Shown in pieces: positions 28,218-38,850 of a DNA stretch of 64,000 nucleotides; the first letter of the stretch is position 1; each line of letters opens with the position of its first letter. Source of the stretch: an uncultured Candidatus Binatia bacterium. Lineage in GTDB: Bacteria; Desulfobacterota; Binatia; Bin18. The stretch lies in the NCBI GenBank assembly GCA_965200965.1, contig OZ241744.1, forward strand, positions 128,001 through 192,000. The letters are read 5' to 3'. The position numbers and the translations under genes were made by a program. The notes under the pieces are model-generated. The model worked only from the letters and a program-made list of their open reading frames with translations. It ran no database searches and was not told the DNA's origin.

Positions 28218-29603
28218 ATGACTGAGGGCGCGTTGGCTGAACTTCCAGCTCCATCTCCGACACCTCCTGCGTTTCGGGCCTGGTTTGGGTGTGCGTCCGG
28301 CTGCCGCGGGCAGTGGCCGCTCAACCAGATTCTCTACTATTGTCCCAAGTGCGGCAGCTTGCTCGACGTCCAACACGATCTGGAGGCACTGAGAGCCCGT
28401 TCGGCCGAGGAGTGGAAGCGGCTGTTTGACGATCGCTACCGACGGACTACCTATCCGTATGGCAGCGGAGTGTGGGGCAAAAAGGAAATGGTGTGCCCGG
28501 CGGTAGATAACGACAACATCGTGTCCACCTACGAGGGCGGCTCCAACCTGTTCTGGGCCGAACGGCTGGGCCGTCAGATCGGGCTTGAAGACCTGTGGGT
28601 CAAGCAGTGTGGGACCGCCCACACCGGATCGTTCAAAGACTTGGGCATGACCGTCCTCGTCTCAATGGTCAAGCAGATGATTGCCGAGGGCACGCCTATT
28701 CCGGCGGTGGCATGCGCCTCGACCGGCGATACTTCGGCCGCCCTGGCCGCTTATTGTGCTGCGGCTGGCATTCCGGCCATCGTCATTTTGCCCCGCAACA
28801 AGGTCTCAACCGCGCAGCTGATTCAGCCCATGGCCAACGGTGCCCTGACCCTGTCCCTGGATACCGACTTTGACGGGTGTATGCGGGTCGTGCGCGAGCT
28901 GTGTACCAGAGAAAATATCTACTTGGCCAACTCCATGAATAGCCTGCGCCTGGAGGGCCAGAAGACCATTTCGCTGGAGATCGTCCAGCAGTTTGACTGG
29001 CAAGTGCCCGATGTGGTGATTGTGCCAGGCGGCAACCTGGGCAATATCACGGCTATTGGCCGCGGCTTTCTGCTGATGCGGGGGGTCGGCATGATTGATC
29101 GGCTGCCGCGTCTGGTGTGCGCCCAGGCGTCCAGGGCCAACCCACTGTACCGGAGTTATGTCCGGGGCTTTACGTCATATCGACCGGTACGGGCCAAAAA
29201 AACCCTGGCCTCGGCTATTCAGATCGGCGATCCGGTCAGCGTGCATAAGGCTATCGAGGTTCTGAAGGCGTTTGACAGTATTGTTGAGCAGGCGACTGAG
29301 GAAGAGCTGGCCGACGCTGCGGCTCTGTCCGACCGGACCGGCCTGTTCAACTGCCCCCACACCGGAGTTGGGCTGGCCGTCCTGCTCAAGCTGCTCAACC
29401 GAGGAGAGATCACCGCCCGTCAACGCGTCATTGTCATCTCCACCGCCCACGGCCTGAAGTTTACCGATTTCAAGCGGCGTTACCACGAGGGCAAGCTGCG
29501 GGGCGTGGCCTCGTGCTACGCCAACCGGCCGCTCGAACTGACGGCCGACTATGGTCAGGCCAGGGACGCGATTTTTCGCGCTCTGGAGGCGCGCCGGGCG
29601 TAA
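28218..29603 (+). CDS. thrC: Threonine synthase (plant-like type)
   Basis: [56 protein letters not shown]. Confidence 0.96.
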   Translation: MTEGALAELPAPSPTPPAFRAWFGCASGCRGQWPLNQILYYCPKCGSLLDVQHDLEALRARSAEEWKRLFDDRYRRTTYPYGSGVWGKKEMVCPAVDNDNIVSTYEGGSNLFWAERLGRQIGLEDLWVKQCGTAHTGSFKDLGMTVLVSMVKQMIAEGTPIPAVACASTGDTSAALAAYCAAAGIPAIVILPRNKVSTAQLIQPMANGALTLSLDTDFDGCMRVVRELCTRENIYLANSMNSLRLEGQKTISLEIVQQFDWQVPDVVIVPGGNLGNITAIGRGFLLMRGVGMIDRLPRLVCAQASRANPLYRSYVRGFTSYRPVRAKKTLASAIQIGDPVSVHKAIEVLKAFDSIVEQATEEELADAAALSDRTGLFNCPHTGVGLAVLLKLLNRGEITARQRVIVISTAHGLKFTDFKRRYHEGKLRGVASCYANRPLELTADYGQARDAIFRALEARRA

Positions 29604-29634
29604 ACCCGACTACTTCAAGACTCAGGGAGCTGGT

Positions 29635-30864
29635 ATGAAATACGTCGTGCTGCAAGGTGATGGAATGGCCGATTGGCCAGTGCCGGAGTTGGGCAATAAG
29701 ACGCCGCTCGAGTATGCCCACACCCCGCATATGGATCGGATTGCCTCGCGTGGCCGGCTGGGACTGACCCAGACGATTCCTGACGGCTATCCGCCCGGCA
29801 GCGATGTGGGCACCTTGAGCCTGCTCGGCTTTGATCCGCACCACTATCATACCGGTCGCTCGCCAATTGAGGCGGCCAGTATGGGGGTGGAGTTGGGACC
29901 GACCGATATTGCCTTTCGGTGCAACCTGGTGAGCTTTGCTACCCAGGCTAACGGCGGCGAAGTGATGCTTGATTTCACCGCCGGCCATATTTCGAGCGAC
30001 GAAGCGGCCGAGTTGATTGGTGTGCTGAATGCCGAACTCGGCGGAGCAGAGTTTCGCTTTTACCCCGGGGTGAGCTATCGGCACCTGCTGGTCTGGCATC
30101 AGGGCAAAGAACACATGAACACGACCCCGCCCCACGATATCACCGACAAGCCGCTCGCCGGTCATCTTCCCCGCGGTGAGGGGGCCGAGCGGCTGTGTAC
30201 CCTGATGGCGCACTCGCGCGAGATTTTTGCCGAGCATCCAGTCAACCGGCAGCGGCGAGAACAGGGCCACAATCCGGCCTCCGGCATTTGGCTGTGGGGA
30301 CAGGGCCGGCGGCCGGCGCTGCCCACCCTGCACGAACAGTTCGGACTCCACGGCGCGGTCATCTCGGCTGTTGATCTGGTCCGTGGCATCGGCGTGTTGG
30401 CCGGCCTGGAGGTGATTCTGGTGCCCGGCGCGACCGGTTTTCTGGACACCAACTATCTGGGCAAAGCCGAGTATGGTTTGGAGGCGCTTCAGCACACAGA
30501 CTTTCTGTTTTTGCATGTCGAGGCTACCGACGAGGCCGGTCACATGGGTGCGGCCGACAAGAAGGTGCAGGCGCTTGAAGATTTTGACCACAAGGTTGTT
30601 GGCACCATCTTGAAGGGGCTCGATAGCCTTGGCGAATGGCGTCTGTTGCTGATGCCCGATCACGCCACCCCGGTTGCACTCAAGACCCACTCTGACGACC
30701 CGGTGCCGTTTGCCGTGCTGTCGTCACACGATTGGCAAAACGCCACCCCACGGGCGCTGGCCTATAACGAGTCCAGCGCCAAGCAGACCGGACTCGTCGT
30801 GCCCGAAGCCTGGCGGATCATGCCCCAGTTCATTCAGGGCCGGGCCGTTGGCTCGGATTCGTGA
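29635..30864 (+). CDS. apgM: Cofactor-independent phosphoglycerate mutase-like protein (ApgM; 'proposed homoserine kinase' clade)
   Basis: GDGMAD, KTPLEYA.TP, PGSDV, AFRCNLV, YRHLLV, PPHD, HVEATDEAGH, PDHATP. Confidence 0.88.
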   Translation: MKYVVLQGDGMADWPVPELGNKTPLEYAHTPHMDRIASRGRLGLTQTIPDGYPPGSDVGTLSLLGFDPHHYHTGRSPIEAASMGVELGPTDIAFRCNLVSFATQANGGEVMLDFTAGHISSDEAAELIGVLNAELGGAEFRFYPGVSYRHLLVWHQGKEHMNTTPPHDITDKPLAGHLPRGEGAERLCTLMAHSREIFAEHPVNRQRREQGHNPASGIWLWGQGRRPALPTLHEQFGLHGAVISAVDLVRGIGVLAGLEVILVPGATGFLDTNYLGKAEYGLEALQHTDFLFLHVEATDEAGHMGAADKKVQALEDFDHKVVGTILKGLDSLGEWRLLLMPDHATPVALKTHSDDPVPFAVLSSHDWQNATPRALAYNESSAKQTGLVVPEAWRIMPQFIQGRAVGSDS

Positions 30865-30888
30865 GCTCAGGTTGGGAGCCACCCTGCT

Positions 30889-31848
30889 ATGGAACGCAAC
30901 CTCGCGCTCGAAATGGTCCGGGTCACCGAAGCCGCCGCCCTGGCGGCTGCCAGACTGATGGGCCGTGGGGACGAAGTTGAGGCTGATTATGCCGCGGCTC
31001 AAGCCATGCATAGTTTGTTTTCGGCCATTGCGTGTGACGGCCAGATTGTCATTGGCGAGGGCGAGGAGGAGGAGGCGATTCCGATGCTGTACATCGGCGA
31101 AAAACTGGGAAACGGAGCTGGACTGCCGATTGAGTTGGCGCTTGACGCCCTGGAGGGTGCGACCTCGTGCGCAAGCGGTTCGCCAGACGCCATTTCGGTG
31201 ATTGCGGCCGCTGAGCCGGGTGGCTTTCTGCGCTGTCCGCCCAACTGCCACATGGACAAAATTGCGGTTGGGCCGCCGGGCCGGGGCAAGATTGATCTGG
31301 ACAAGTCGGTTGAAGAAAATTTGACAGCCGTGGCCCGGGCCAAGGGTGTGCCTGTCCCTAACCTGACCGTGGTCGTGCTGGACCGGCCCCGCAACGAAGG
31401 GCTGATTAGTGAACTGCGCCGGCTCGGCAGCCGGGTCAAACTGATTAGCGACGGTGACCTGTCGGCCGCCTTGGCCACCACCCATGAAACGGCCGGGGTT
31501 GATTTGCTGATGGGAACTGGCGGGGCGGCCCAAGGCATTCTGGCCGCGGCCGCGCTGCGCTGTATTGGCGGAGCAATCCAGGGGCGTTTTCGGCCCCGCA
31601 ATCAAGACGAGGCCAAACATCTGCACGACATCAACATCTATGATTTTGGCAAGACGTATAGCACCGAAGAGCTGGCCGGGGGGAATGTCACGTTTGCCGC
31701 CACCGGAGTGACGACCGGCGACTATCTCAAAGGCGTGCGCTTCTACGGCGGCGGAGCGATGACCAACTCGGTCGTCCTGCGTTCTGAGACCCGGACCTTG
31801 CGGCTGTTGGAAACCTTTCACCATTTTGACGAACACCCGGAGTACTGA
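30889..31848 (+). CDS. glpX: Fructose-1,6-bisphosphatase class II
   Basis: RVTEAAALAA, VIGEGE, PMLYIGE, LDRPR, LISDGD, FAATGVT.G..LKGV. Confidence 0.92.
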   Translation: MERNLALEMVRVTEAAALAAARLMGRGDEVEADYAAAQAMHSLFSAIACDGQIVIGEGEEEEAIPMLYIGEKLGNGAGLPIELALDALEGATSCASGSPDAISVIAAAEPGGFLRCPPNCHMDKIAVGPPGRGKIDLDKSVEENLTAVARAKGVPVPNLTVVVLDRPRNEGLISELRRLGSRVKLISDGDLSAALATTHETAGVDLLMGTGGAAQGILAAAALRCIGGAIQGRFRPRNQDEAKHLHDINIYDFGKTYSTEELAGGNVTFAATGVTTGDYLKGVRFYGGGAMTNSVVLRSETRTLRLLETFHHFDEHPEY

Positions 31849-31849
31849 G

Positions 31850-32632
31850 ATGGCCTACGAGAATATTGTGTTTGAAAAAGACGGCGCAGTTGGCACTCTG
31901 ACCGTCAATCGGCCCAAAAGCCTGAACGCGCTCAACCCGGCCACCGTGCAGGAGATTGCGGCCTGCCTTGAACAGTTGCGTGGCGACGCTTCGGTCCGGT
32001 GTCTGATTATAACCGGCGCGGGTGAGCGGGCGTTTGTGGCCGGGGCCGATATCTCGGCTATGGTCAATATGACACCGCTGGAGGGCAAAGCGTTTGCGAG
32101 TAGTGGCCTGAATGTCGGTCGGACGCTGGAAGAGTTGCCCGTTCCGGTGATTGCCGCGGTCAACGGCTTTGCCCTCGGCGGGGGAACCGAGTTGGCCCTG
32201 GCCTGTGACCTGATCATCGCCGCGGACACGGCCAGGTTCGGCCAGCCCGAGATCAACCTGGGCGTGATTCCGGGCTTTGGCGGCACCCAGCGTCTCGCCC
32301 GCCGGATCGGTCTGCCGCTGGCCCGCGAGTTGATCTATACCGGGGAGATGATCGACGCCGAGACCGCGCTGCGCTACGGCCTTGCCAACCGCGTTGTGCC
32401 ATTGGCCGAGTTGATGATCGAGGCCAAAGCCTTGGCCCGGAAGATCGCGACCAAACCACCGATTGCCATTCGCCAGGCCAAGGCGGCGATCAATTCGGGA
32501 ATTGACATGGACATCGCCAACGCCAGCCGGTTTGAGGCCGAGGCATTTGCCATGACCTTTGCGACCAAGGACAAGCAAGAAGGCATGAGGGCGTTTCTGG
32601 AAAAACGCGAGGCCACGTTTACGGGCACCTAA
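31850..32632 (+). CDS. Enoyl-CoA hydratase (crotonase)
   Basis: [53 protein letters not shown]. Confidence 0.94.
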   Translation: MAYENIVFEKDGAVGTLTVNRPKSLNALNPATVQEIAACLEQLRGDASVRCLIITGAGERAFVAGADISAMVNMTPLEGKAFASSGLNVGRTLEELPVPVIAAVNGFALGGGTELALACDLIIAADTARFGQPEINLGVIPGFGGTQRLARRIGLPLARELIYTGEMIDAETALRYGLANRVVPLAELMIEAKALARKIATKPPIAIRQAKAAINSGIDMDIANASRFEAEAFAMTFATKDKQEGMRAFLEKREATFTGT

Positions 32633-32697
32633 CAGGTCTCCCCCTCTTGTCTCCAATCAGGTATATGTTGCGGACCGTTGTGTGCCAGGGAGGAAAC

Positions 32698-34335
32698 ATG
32701 AACAAACACGAATGGCTGGCCCGGAAGTATCCCAAGCAGGGCGAGCGGCTGGAACGCTTTTCGACCGTCTCCGACATGGAGCTTGCCCCGCTGTACACCC
32801 CCGAGGACAAGAACAGGACGGATGATGAGCGGAACATCGGCCTGCCGGGCGAATATCCGTATACCCGCGGGGTGTATCCGAATATGTACCGCGGCAAGTT
32901 CTGGAGCATGCGCCAGTTTGCCGGCTTTGGCACGCCTGAGGATACCAATCAGCGCTTCAAGCTGCTGCTGGCCGAGGGCCAGAACGGCCTGTCAACCGCC
33001 TTTGATATGCCGGTCCTGATGGGCTACGACGCCGATAATCCACGCTCGCTGGGTGAAGTTGGCCGCGAGGGCGTGTCGGTCTCAACCCTGAACGATATGG
33101 AACGCCTGTTTGACGGCATTCCGCTCGATACAGTCACTACTTCGATGACCGTCAACTGCACCGCCAGCATCATTCTGGCCATGTATATTGCGGTGGCCGA
33201 TACACAGGGCGTGCCACGCGTCCAGCTCGGCGGGACGATCCAGAACGACATGCTCAAAGAGTATATCGCCCAGAAAGAGTGGATCTGCCCACCTGAGCCG
33301 GCGGTGCGGATTGTCACCGATATGATTGAGTTCTGCGCCAAAGAAGTGCCGCGCTGGCATGCGGTGTCGATCTCCGGCTACCATATCCGTGAGGCCGGGG
33401 CGACCGCGGTGCAGGAATTGGCCTTTACCCTGGCCGACGGCATCGGCTATGTGCAGTCGGCCCTGGAACGCGGCCTGGATGTGGACGAGTTTGCCCCCCG
33501 GCTGTCTTTTTTCTTTGATATCCACAACGACTTCTTTGAGGAGATTGCCAAACTGCGGGCGGCCCGGCGCATGTGGGCCAGGATTATGAAGGAGCGCTTT
33601 GGTGCCAAACAGCCCAAATCGCTGTTGCTGCGTACCCACTGCCAGACCGCGGGGGTGAGTCTGACCGCCCAGCAGCCGATGAATAATGTCGTCCGGGTCG
33701 CCATCCAGGCCCTGGCCGGGGTATTGGGCGGAACCCAGTCGCTGCACACCAACTCAATGGACGAGACCCTGGCCCTGCCAACCGAGCAGGCGGTGATGGT
33801 GGCCCTGAGAACGCAGCAGATCATTGCCGAAGAGAGTGGCGTGACCAACACGATCGACCCCCTGGGCGGCAGCTGGGCGATTGAGGCCCTGACCGACCGA
33901 ATTGAGCAGGAAGCCTTGGCCTACATCGAACGCATTGACGAGCTGGGCGGGATTATCAACGCCATTAGCACCGGCTACCCGCAGAAGGAGATTGCCGACT
34001 CGGCCTACCGGTATCAGCAGCAGCTCGATGCCGGCGAAAAAATTATCGTTGGCGTCAATAAGTATCAGGTTCCGCCCGAAGAACGCTCGCTCGATATCCT
34101 CAGAATCGAACCCGAAGTCGAGCGCAGCCAGATTGAGCGGGTCAAAAAGCTCAAGGCCGAACGCAATCAGGCAACGGTCACCGAACATCTCGGTCGGGTC
34201 CACGCCGCGGCCCGCAATGGCACCAATCTGATGCCACCGCTGATTGAGGCGGTCAAAGCCTCCTGCACCCTGGGTGAAATCTCAGATGTCTATCGTGACG
34301 TGTTTGGCGTGTACCGGGACCCGGCCTGGCTGTAG
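32698..34335 (+). CDS. icmA: B12-dependent acyl-CoA mutase large subunit, isobutyryl-CoA mutase signature
   Basis: PGEYPYTRG; RQFAGF (Phe at the MCM Tyr89 position); KEYIAQKEW (Gln at the MCM Arg207 position); [11 protein letters not shown]. Confidence 0.8.
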   Translation: MNKHEWLARKYPKQGERLERFSTVSDMELAPLYTPEDKNRTDDERNIGLPGEYPYTRGVYPNMYRGKFWSMRQFAGFGTPEDTNQRFKLLLAEGQNGLSTAFDMPVLMGYDADNPRSLGEVGREGVSVSTLNDMERLFDGIPLDTVTTSMTVNCTASIILAMYIAVADTQGVPRVQLGGTIQNDMLKEYIAQKEWICPPEPAVRIVTDMIEFCAKEVPRWHAVSISGYHIREAGATAVQELAFTLADGIGYVQSALERGLDVDEFAPRLSFFFDIHNDFFEEIAKLRAARRMWARIMKERFGAKQPKSLLLRTHCQTAGVSLTAQQPMNNVVRVAIQALAGVLGGTQSLHTNSMDETLALPTEQAVMVALRTQQIIAEESGVTNTIDPLGGSWAIEALTDRIEQEALAYIERIDELGGIINAISTGYPQKEIADSAYRYQQQLDAGEKIIVGVNKYQVPPEERSLDILRIEPEVERSQIERVKKLKAERNQATVTEHLGRVHAAARNGTNLMPPLIEAVKASCTLGEISDVYRDVFGVYRDPAWL

Positions 34336-34359
34336 GCGTGAGTAACGGAGGGTGGCTCT

Positions 34360-34776
34360 GTGTCCGACAAGAAAGTATTGCGTATTCTCGTGGCCAAAGC
34401 CGGCCTGGACGGCCATGACAGGGGAGCCAAAATTATTGCCCGTGCTCTGCGTGACGCGGGTTTTGAGGTGATTTACACCGGACTCCATCAGACGCCGGAG
34501 ATGATTGCCGAGGCCGCGGTCCAAGAAGACGTGGATGCCATCGGGCTGAGCATTCTGTCTGGAGCGCACCTGACGCTCTTTCCGGCCATTCTGAGCGCAC
34601 TTGACGAGCGGGGGGCTGAGGACATCGCGGTCTTTGGCGGCGGGATTGTGCCCGATGACGATATCCCCCAGCTCAAACAGGCCGGAATCAGAGAGATTTT
34701 TACGCCCGGGGCGAGCACCCAGACGATTGTGGACTGGATTCACGGGAACGTGGAACCACGCGCCGGAGTAGTCTGA
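34360..34776 (+). CDS. icmB: Cobalamin-binding small subunit of the acyl-CoA mutase
   Basis: [10 protein letters not shown] base-off motif, SILSGAH, GGIVP. Confidence 0.82.
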   Translation: MSDKKVLRILVAKAGLDGHDRGAKIIARALRDAGFEVIYTGLHQTPEMIAEAAVQEDVDAIGLSILSGAHLTLFPAILSALDERGAEDIAVFGGGIVPDDDIPQLKQAGIREIFTPGASTQTIVDWIHGNVEPRAGVV

Positions 34777-34779
34777 GGC

Positions 34780-35988
34780 GTGACCTACGATGTGGCGATT
34801 ATCGGGGCGGGGCCGGCCGGGACGGCCACCGCTCTCTCTTTGCTGAAGGCCGAACCGAGGCTTGGCGGTAATATCCTGCTGATCGATAAGGCACTCCACC
34901 CCCGCGACAAGATCTGTGCCGGGGGACTCATCCCCCATACCCTCGCCTGTCTTGACGAGCTTGATGTCCCGCTCAGCATTCCCCATGTCACGGTCGGACG
35001 GGCCGCGGTGCGTGTCCCGCCCGACCGGCAGGTGAGGTGCGAGGACGGCGGCCTGTGTTCGATCGTCCGGCGTAAGGAGTTTGACTTTTTGCTCGTTCGT
35101 GCGGCCGAAGAGCGTGGGGCCGCGGTCCGCCAGGCTGAGAAGCTGCTTGACGTGGTGCGAGAGGCAGACGGGGTCCGGGTGATGACCGATAAACACACCT
35201 ATCAGGCCCGGGTTGTGGTCGGGGCTGACGGCTCGGGCAGCCGGGTGCGCCGCCGGCTCCTCGGGCCGGAGTGTGCGCCGATTGGCCGGGCGCTGATGTG
35301 TGATGTGCCGCTGGCCGACACCGACTGGGACGGGTTTGGTCAGCACCGCTACGATTTTAACTTTCTGCCCGTTCCCCACGGCTTGCAGGGCTATCTGTGG
35401 GCCTTTCCGTGCCTCATCGGTGGGCTGCCGCATGTCAATATCGGCATCTACGCCTTGGGCCGAACCCGGCTGGCCAACGCCGAGTTGCGGCGTCTGCTCG
35501 GTACCGAGGTCGCCGCGCTGACCGGACCGGCCTGCCGCCGGCCGGCCTATCGCCTGCGGGCTTTTCCTATCTGTGGCTACCATCCTCGTCGCGCCCTGGC
35601 CGGCCGGCGAGTGGTGTTGGTCGGCGATGCGGCCGGGGCCGAGCCGCTGATGGGCGAGGGCATCTCTTTTGCATTTGAATACGGCAAGTTTGCGGCCGGC
35701 GAAATTGTGTCGGCACTGCGTAGCCGGGGTGTCGATTTCAGCGGCTATACCGAGCGCTTCGCCCGCTCCAGAGTCGGCAAGAAGCTGTTCCGTTTGGCGG
35801 TCACAAGCCGACTGTTCTACGGGCCGGCTTGGCGCGTGTGTTTCGGTCTGGCCGCCCGGAGTCGGCACCTTCAGTCGGTCGGGCTCAAGTGGTACAACGG
35901 GGTCGAGGGCTGGCATCAGCGGAGCGGCTGGGAGGCCGTCCGGGCGGTGTTCCGCTCGCCCTCAGACCTGCCGTCGAGCCAGCCTTGA
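34780..35988 (+). CDS. Geranylgeranyl-reductase-family FAD oxidoreductase
   Basis: IIGAGPAG, PRDKICAGG, GADGSGS, YLWAFP, VGDAAG..PLMGEGI. Confidence 0.88.
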   Translation: MTYDVAIIGAGPAGTATALSLLKAEPRLGGNILLIDKALHPRDKICAGGLIPHTLACLDELDVPLSIPHVTVGRAAVRVPPDRQVRCEDGGLCSIVRRKEFDFLLVRAAEERGAAVRQAEKLLDVVREADGVRVMTDKHTYQARVVVGADGSGSRVRRRLLGPECAPIGRALMCDVPLADTDWDGFGQHRYDFNFLPVPHGLQGYLWAFPCLIGGLPHVNIGIYALGRTRLANAELRRLLGTEVAALTGPACRRPAYRLRAFPICGYHPRRALAGRRVVLVGDAAGAEPLMGEGISFAFEYGKFAAGEIVSALRSRGVDFSGYTERFARSRVGKKLFRLAVTSRLFYGPAWRVCFGLAARSRHLQSVGLKWYNGVEGWHQRSGWEAVRAVFRSPSDLPSSQP

Positions 35989-36021
35989 GGCGGTGGCCGG
36001 CGTTGAGGAGAAAGAAGACCG

Positions 36022-36312
36022 ATGGCTGACCGGAAAAAGACCTCCGCCGGCAAGACCCAGGCCCGCCGAAAAAAAGCTGTGCCGCCCCAGAAAAAGCGAC
36101 GCTGGTTGCTGCCCAAGTTTCTGCTCATCATCGGCTGTGTAGCCGTACTCGGCTTTCTTGGAATCGTGCTGTTTCTTGACAAAGAGGCGCGTCGAATGGG
36201 AATCTTTCAGGCCCAGCCCGGCCAGGACGCCGCCCCAGCCCCGCTTGAGGGAGACTATACGCCGGGTGAGAAGCAGCAGTTGGAGGCGATTCTGGAGTCC
36301 GAAGACCGCTAG
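36022..36312 (+). CDS. Hypothetical single-pass membrane protein
   Basis: GAGGAG RBS, basic N-terminus, one hydrophobic segment. Confidence 0.7.
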   Translation: MADRKKTSAGKTQARRKKAVPPQKKRRWLLPKFLLIIGCVAVLGFLGIVLFLDKEARRMGIFQAQPGQDAAPAPLEGDYTPGEKQQLEAILESEDR

Positions 36313-36315
36313 GAC

Positions 36316-37137
36316 ATGTGTATGGACTCTGTTGACGAACTTCAGCGTCCGATTTCGCTGCCCGCCCCGCCCCGGCGGATTGTGTCGCTCGTGCCGAGTA
36401 TCACCGAAACGCTGTTCGCCCTTGGCGCGGGCGCGTCTGTCGTGGGAGTGACCAGCTTCTGTACCCATCCGCCCCAGCAGGTGGCCGGCCTGACCAAGGT
36501 CGGCGGCACCAAAAATCCCGACCTGGAAGCCATCCTGCGCCTGCGGCCCGATGTGGTCATCCTGAACGAAGAGGAGAACCGGCACGAAGATTTCGCCTGG
36601 CTGGAGGAGCGTGTGGGCGTGTATGTGACCGCGCCCCGGACGGTCAGGGATGGGATCGACATGATTGAGCGGCTGGGGCGGCTGACCGGCCATGCGGAAG
36701 ACGGACAGACCTTGGCCCACGCCCTGCACCGGCAGGCTGACCGCCTGGCAACACGCCAGCCCCGTTTGCGCGTCTTCTGTCCAATCTGGCGCAAGCCCTG
36801 GATGTCGTTTAGCGCCCGGACCTACAGCGATGATATGCTGTGGACCTGTGGCGGGGAAAATATCTTTCGGGCCAAGCCCGAGCGCTACCCCACAGTCAGC
36901 CTCGACGAGGTGGCCGCGGCCGACCCGCACATCGTGGTCCTGCCAAGTGAGCCGTATCCGTTTGCCGCCAAACACCTCATCCATCTGAAACCCCTGGCCG
37001 AAACGGTCGCCGGGACAATGGGCCATGTGTACTGTGTTGACGGTATGGCGCTGTGCTGGTACGGGCCGCGGATTGCCGACGGGCTGAGCCAATTCAGCCG
37101 CCTGTTCGCCACGGTGCGCGCCAGCCTGGACGACTGA
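36316..37137 (+). CDS. Helical-backbone metal receptor (BtuF-like cobalamin-binding)
   Basis: RRIVSLVPSITETL, VGVTSFCTHP, VGGTKNP, NEEEN, SEPYPF, WYGPR. Confidence 0.88.
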   Translation: MCMDSVDELQRPISLPAPPRRIVSLVPSITETLFALGAGASVVGVTSFCTHPPQQVAGLTKVGGTKNPDLEAILRLRPDVVILNEEENRHEDFAWLEERVGVYVTAPRTVRDGIDMIERLGRLTGHAEDGQTLAHALHRQADRLATRQPRLRVFCPIWRKPWMSFSARTYSDDMLWTCGGENIFRAKPERYPTVSLDEVAAADPHIVVLPSEPYPFAAKHLIHLKPLAETVAGTMGHVYCVDGMALCWYGPRIADGLSQFSRLFATVRASLDD

Positions 37138-37138
37138 C

Positions 37139-38500
37139 ATGGCCCGTACCGACGACGCGCTGCGCAAAGTCCCACCCCAGAATGTTGATGCTGAGGAATC
37201 TGTCCTGGGCGGCATCCTGATCGACGCCACCGCCCTCGACCGGGTAATTGAGGTCATGGGCGAGGCCGACTTCTACCGCGAGTCCCACCGCAAAATCTTC
37301 CGCGCCATGCTGGGCCTGAGCGAGCGGGGGGAGCCGATAGACCTGATCACGCTGAACGACAGCCTGCGCGGCCGGGACGAATTGCAGGCTGTTGGCGGGG
37401 CGACCTACCTGGCCGAACTCGTGGATCGCGTGCCGAGCGCGGCCAATATCGCCACCTATGCCCGCCTGGTGCGCGAGAAGGCGGTCATGCGCAGCCTGAT
37501 CAGCGTCTCCAACGAGATCTCTGAGCGCTGCTACGACGGCCAGGAGGATATCGAGACCTTTCTGGACGAGGCCGAACGCCTCATTTTTGACGTGTCCGAA
37601 CAGCGTGTTCGTCCGGCGTTTACCAAGGTCGGCGATATGATCATGGACACGATCAAGACCGTGGAGCAGCTCTACGAGCGCAAGGAGCTGGTCACTGGCG
37701 TGGCGACCGGCTTCCTGGACCTCGACCGCATGACCGCCGGCCTCCAGCCCGCCGACCTGATCATCATCGGTGCGCGGCCGAGCATGGGCAAGACCAGCTT
37801 CGCCCTGAACATCGCCCAGCACGTCGCCCTCCATCATCAGGTCGCGGTTGGCGTCTACTCGCTGGAAATGTCCCGCGACCAGCTTGTCCTGCGTATGCTG
37901 TGCTCTGAGGCCCGGGTTGACCTGTCCAAGGTCCGCACCGGCTACCTGGGCGAGCGCGACTTTCCGCGTTTGGCCCTGGCCGCCGGCCGCTTGGCCGAAG
38001 CGCCGATTTTCATTGATGATACCCCGGCCCACAACGTCCTGGAGATGCGGGCCAAGTCCCGCCGGCTCAAACGGGAAGCCAATGTCGGGCTGATCGTCGT
38101 CGATTACCTCCAGCTGATGCGCGGCCTGACCGCGGAGGAAAACCGCAACCAGGAGCTGTCCGAAATCTCCCGCAGCCTCAAGGCCCTGGCCAAGGAACTG
38201 AATGTGCCCATTGTGGCCCTCTCGCAGCTCAACCGCCAGGTCGAACAGCGCGCCGACAAGCGCCCGGTCATGTCGGATATTCGTGAGTCCGGCAGCATAG
38301 AGCAGGACGCCGATGTCATTATGTTCATCTACCGGGATGAGATGTACAAGGCCGACTCGCAGGACGAGGGCGTGGCCGAGGTCCTCATCAGCAAGCAGCG
38401 CAACGGCCCGACCGGTACCGTTCGCCTGGCCTTCCGCCGCGAATACACCCGCTTTGAGAATCTGGTTGAGGACATGGAAGAAGGCGAGGAAGAGGAGTAA
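37139..38500 (+). CDS. dnaB: Replicative DNA helicase
   Basis: PPQNVDAEESVLG, GARPSMGKT, SLEM, VDYLQLM, SQLNR, RESGSIEQDAD, KQRNGPTG; no intein. Confidence 0.98.
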   Translation: MARTDDALRKVPPQNVDAEESVLGGILIDATALDRVIEVMGEADFYRESHRKIFRAMLGLSERGEPIDLITLNDSLRGRDELQAVGGATYLAELVDRVPSAANIATYARLVREKAVMRSLISVSNEISERCYDGQEDIETFLDEAERLIFDVSEQRVRPAFTKVGDMIMDTIKTVEQLYERKELVTGVATGFLDLDRMTAGLQPADLIIIGARPSMGKTSFALNIAQHVALHHQVAVGVYSLEMSRDQLVLRMLCSEARVDLSKVRTGYLGERDFPRLALAAGRLAEAPIFIDDTPAHNVLEMRAKSRRLKREANVGLIVVDYLQLMRGLTAEENRNQELSEISRSLKALAKELNVPIVALSQLNRQVEQRADKRPVMSDIRESGSIEQDADVIMFIYRDEMYKADSQDEGVAEVLISKQRNGPTGTVRLAFRREYTRFENLVEDMEEGEEEE

Positions 38501-38509
38501 GGGGGAGGT

Positions 38510-38765
38510 ATGGCTTCACTAGCCTTTGACACCTGCGCCTTTGTCAAAGCTCTGACCCAGGCCGGGATGCCGGAAGAGCAGGCTGAGGTCCTGGCGCGGT
38601 CGCAGGCGACAGTGCTTGACGAGAAGCTGGCGACAAAACGGGGCCTGAAAGAACCGGAAGCCCGTCTGACCCACGATCTGAGAGAATTGGAGATGCGGAT
38701 GACCCCGCGCCTCGGCTCAATGATGGTCGTGGCGGTCGGGGTGGTGGCTGGTGAAGCTGTTGTGA
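38510..38765 (+). pseudogene. DUF1640/CCDC90 family protein, degenerate
   Basis: AFDT..FVKALTQAGMPEEQAE..A...LATK; the typical C-terminus LVKLL* is out of frame (TGA 38763-38765). Confidence 0.75.
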
Positions 38766-38850
38766 AGTGCGGTGTACCTCTCCCCACCGCCAGGATCTCA
38801 AAGCGCCGCCCCCTAACAGAGCAACATTGCAGGATTTTTTCGCCAGTGTT

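Noticed and set aside
37139-38500. Intein in dnaB
   Set aside because: Normal length (453 aa) with contiguous motifs.
38766-38850. CRISPR array next to the Cas12m-like gene
   Set aside because: Only 85 nt of intergenic DNA and no repeated unit seen here or elsewhere in the window; at most one unverifiable repeat-like segment.
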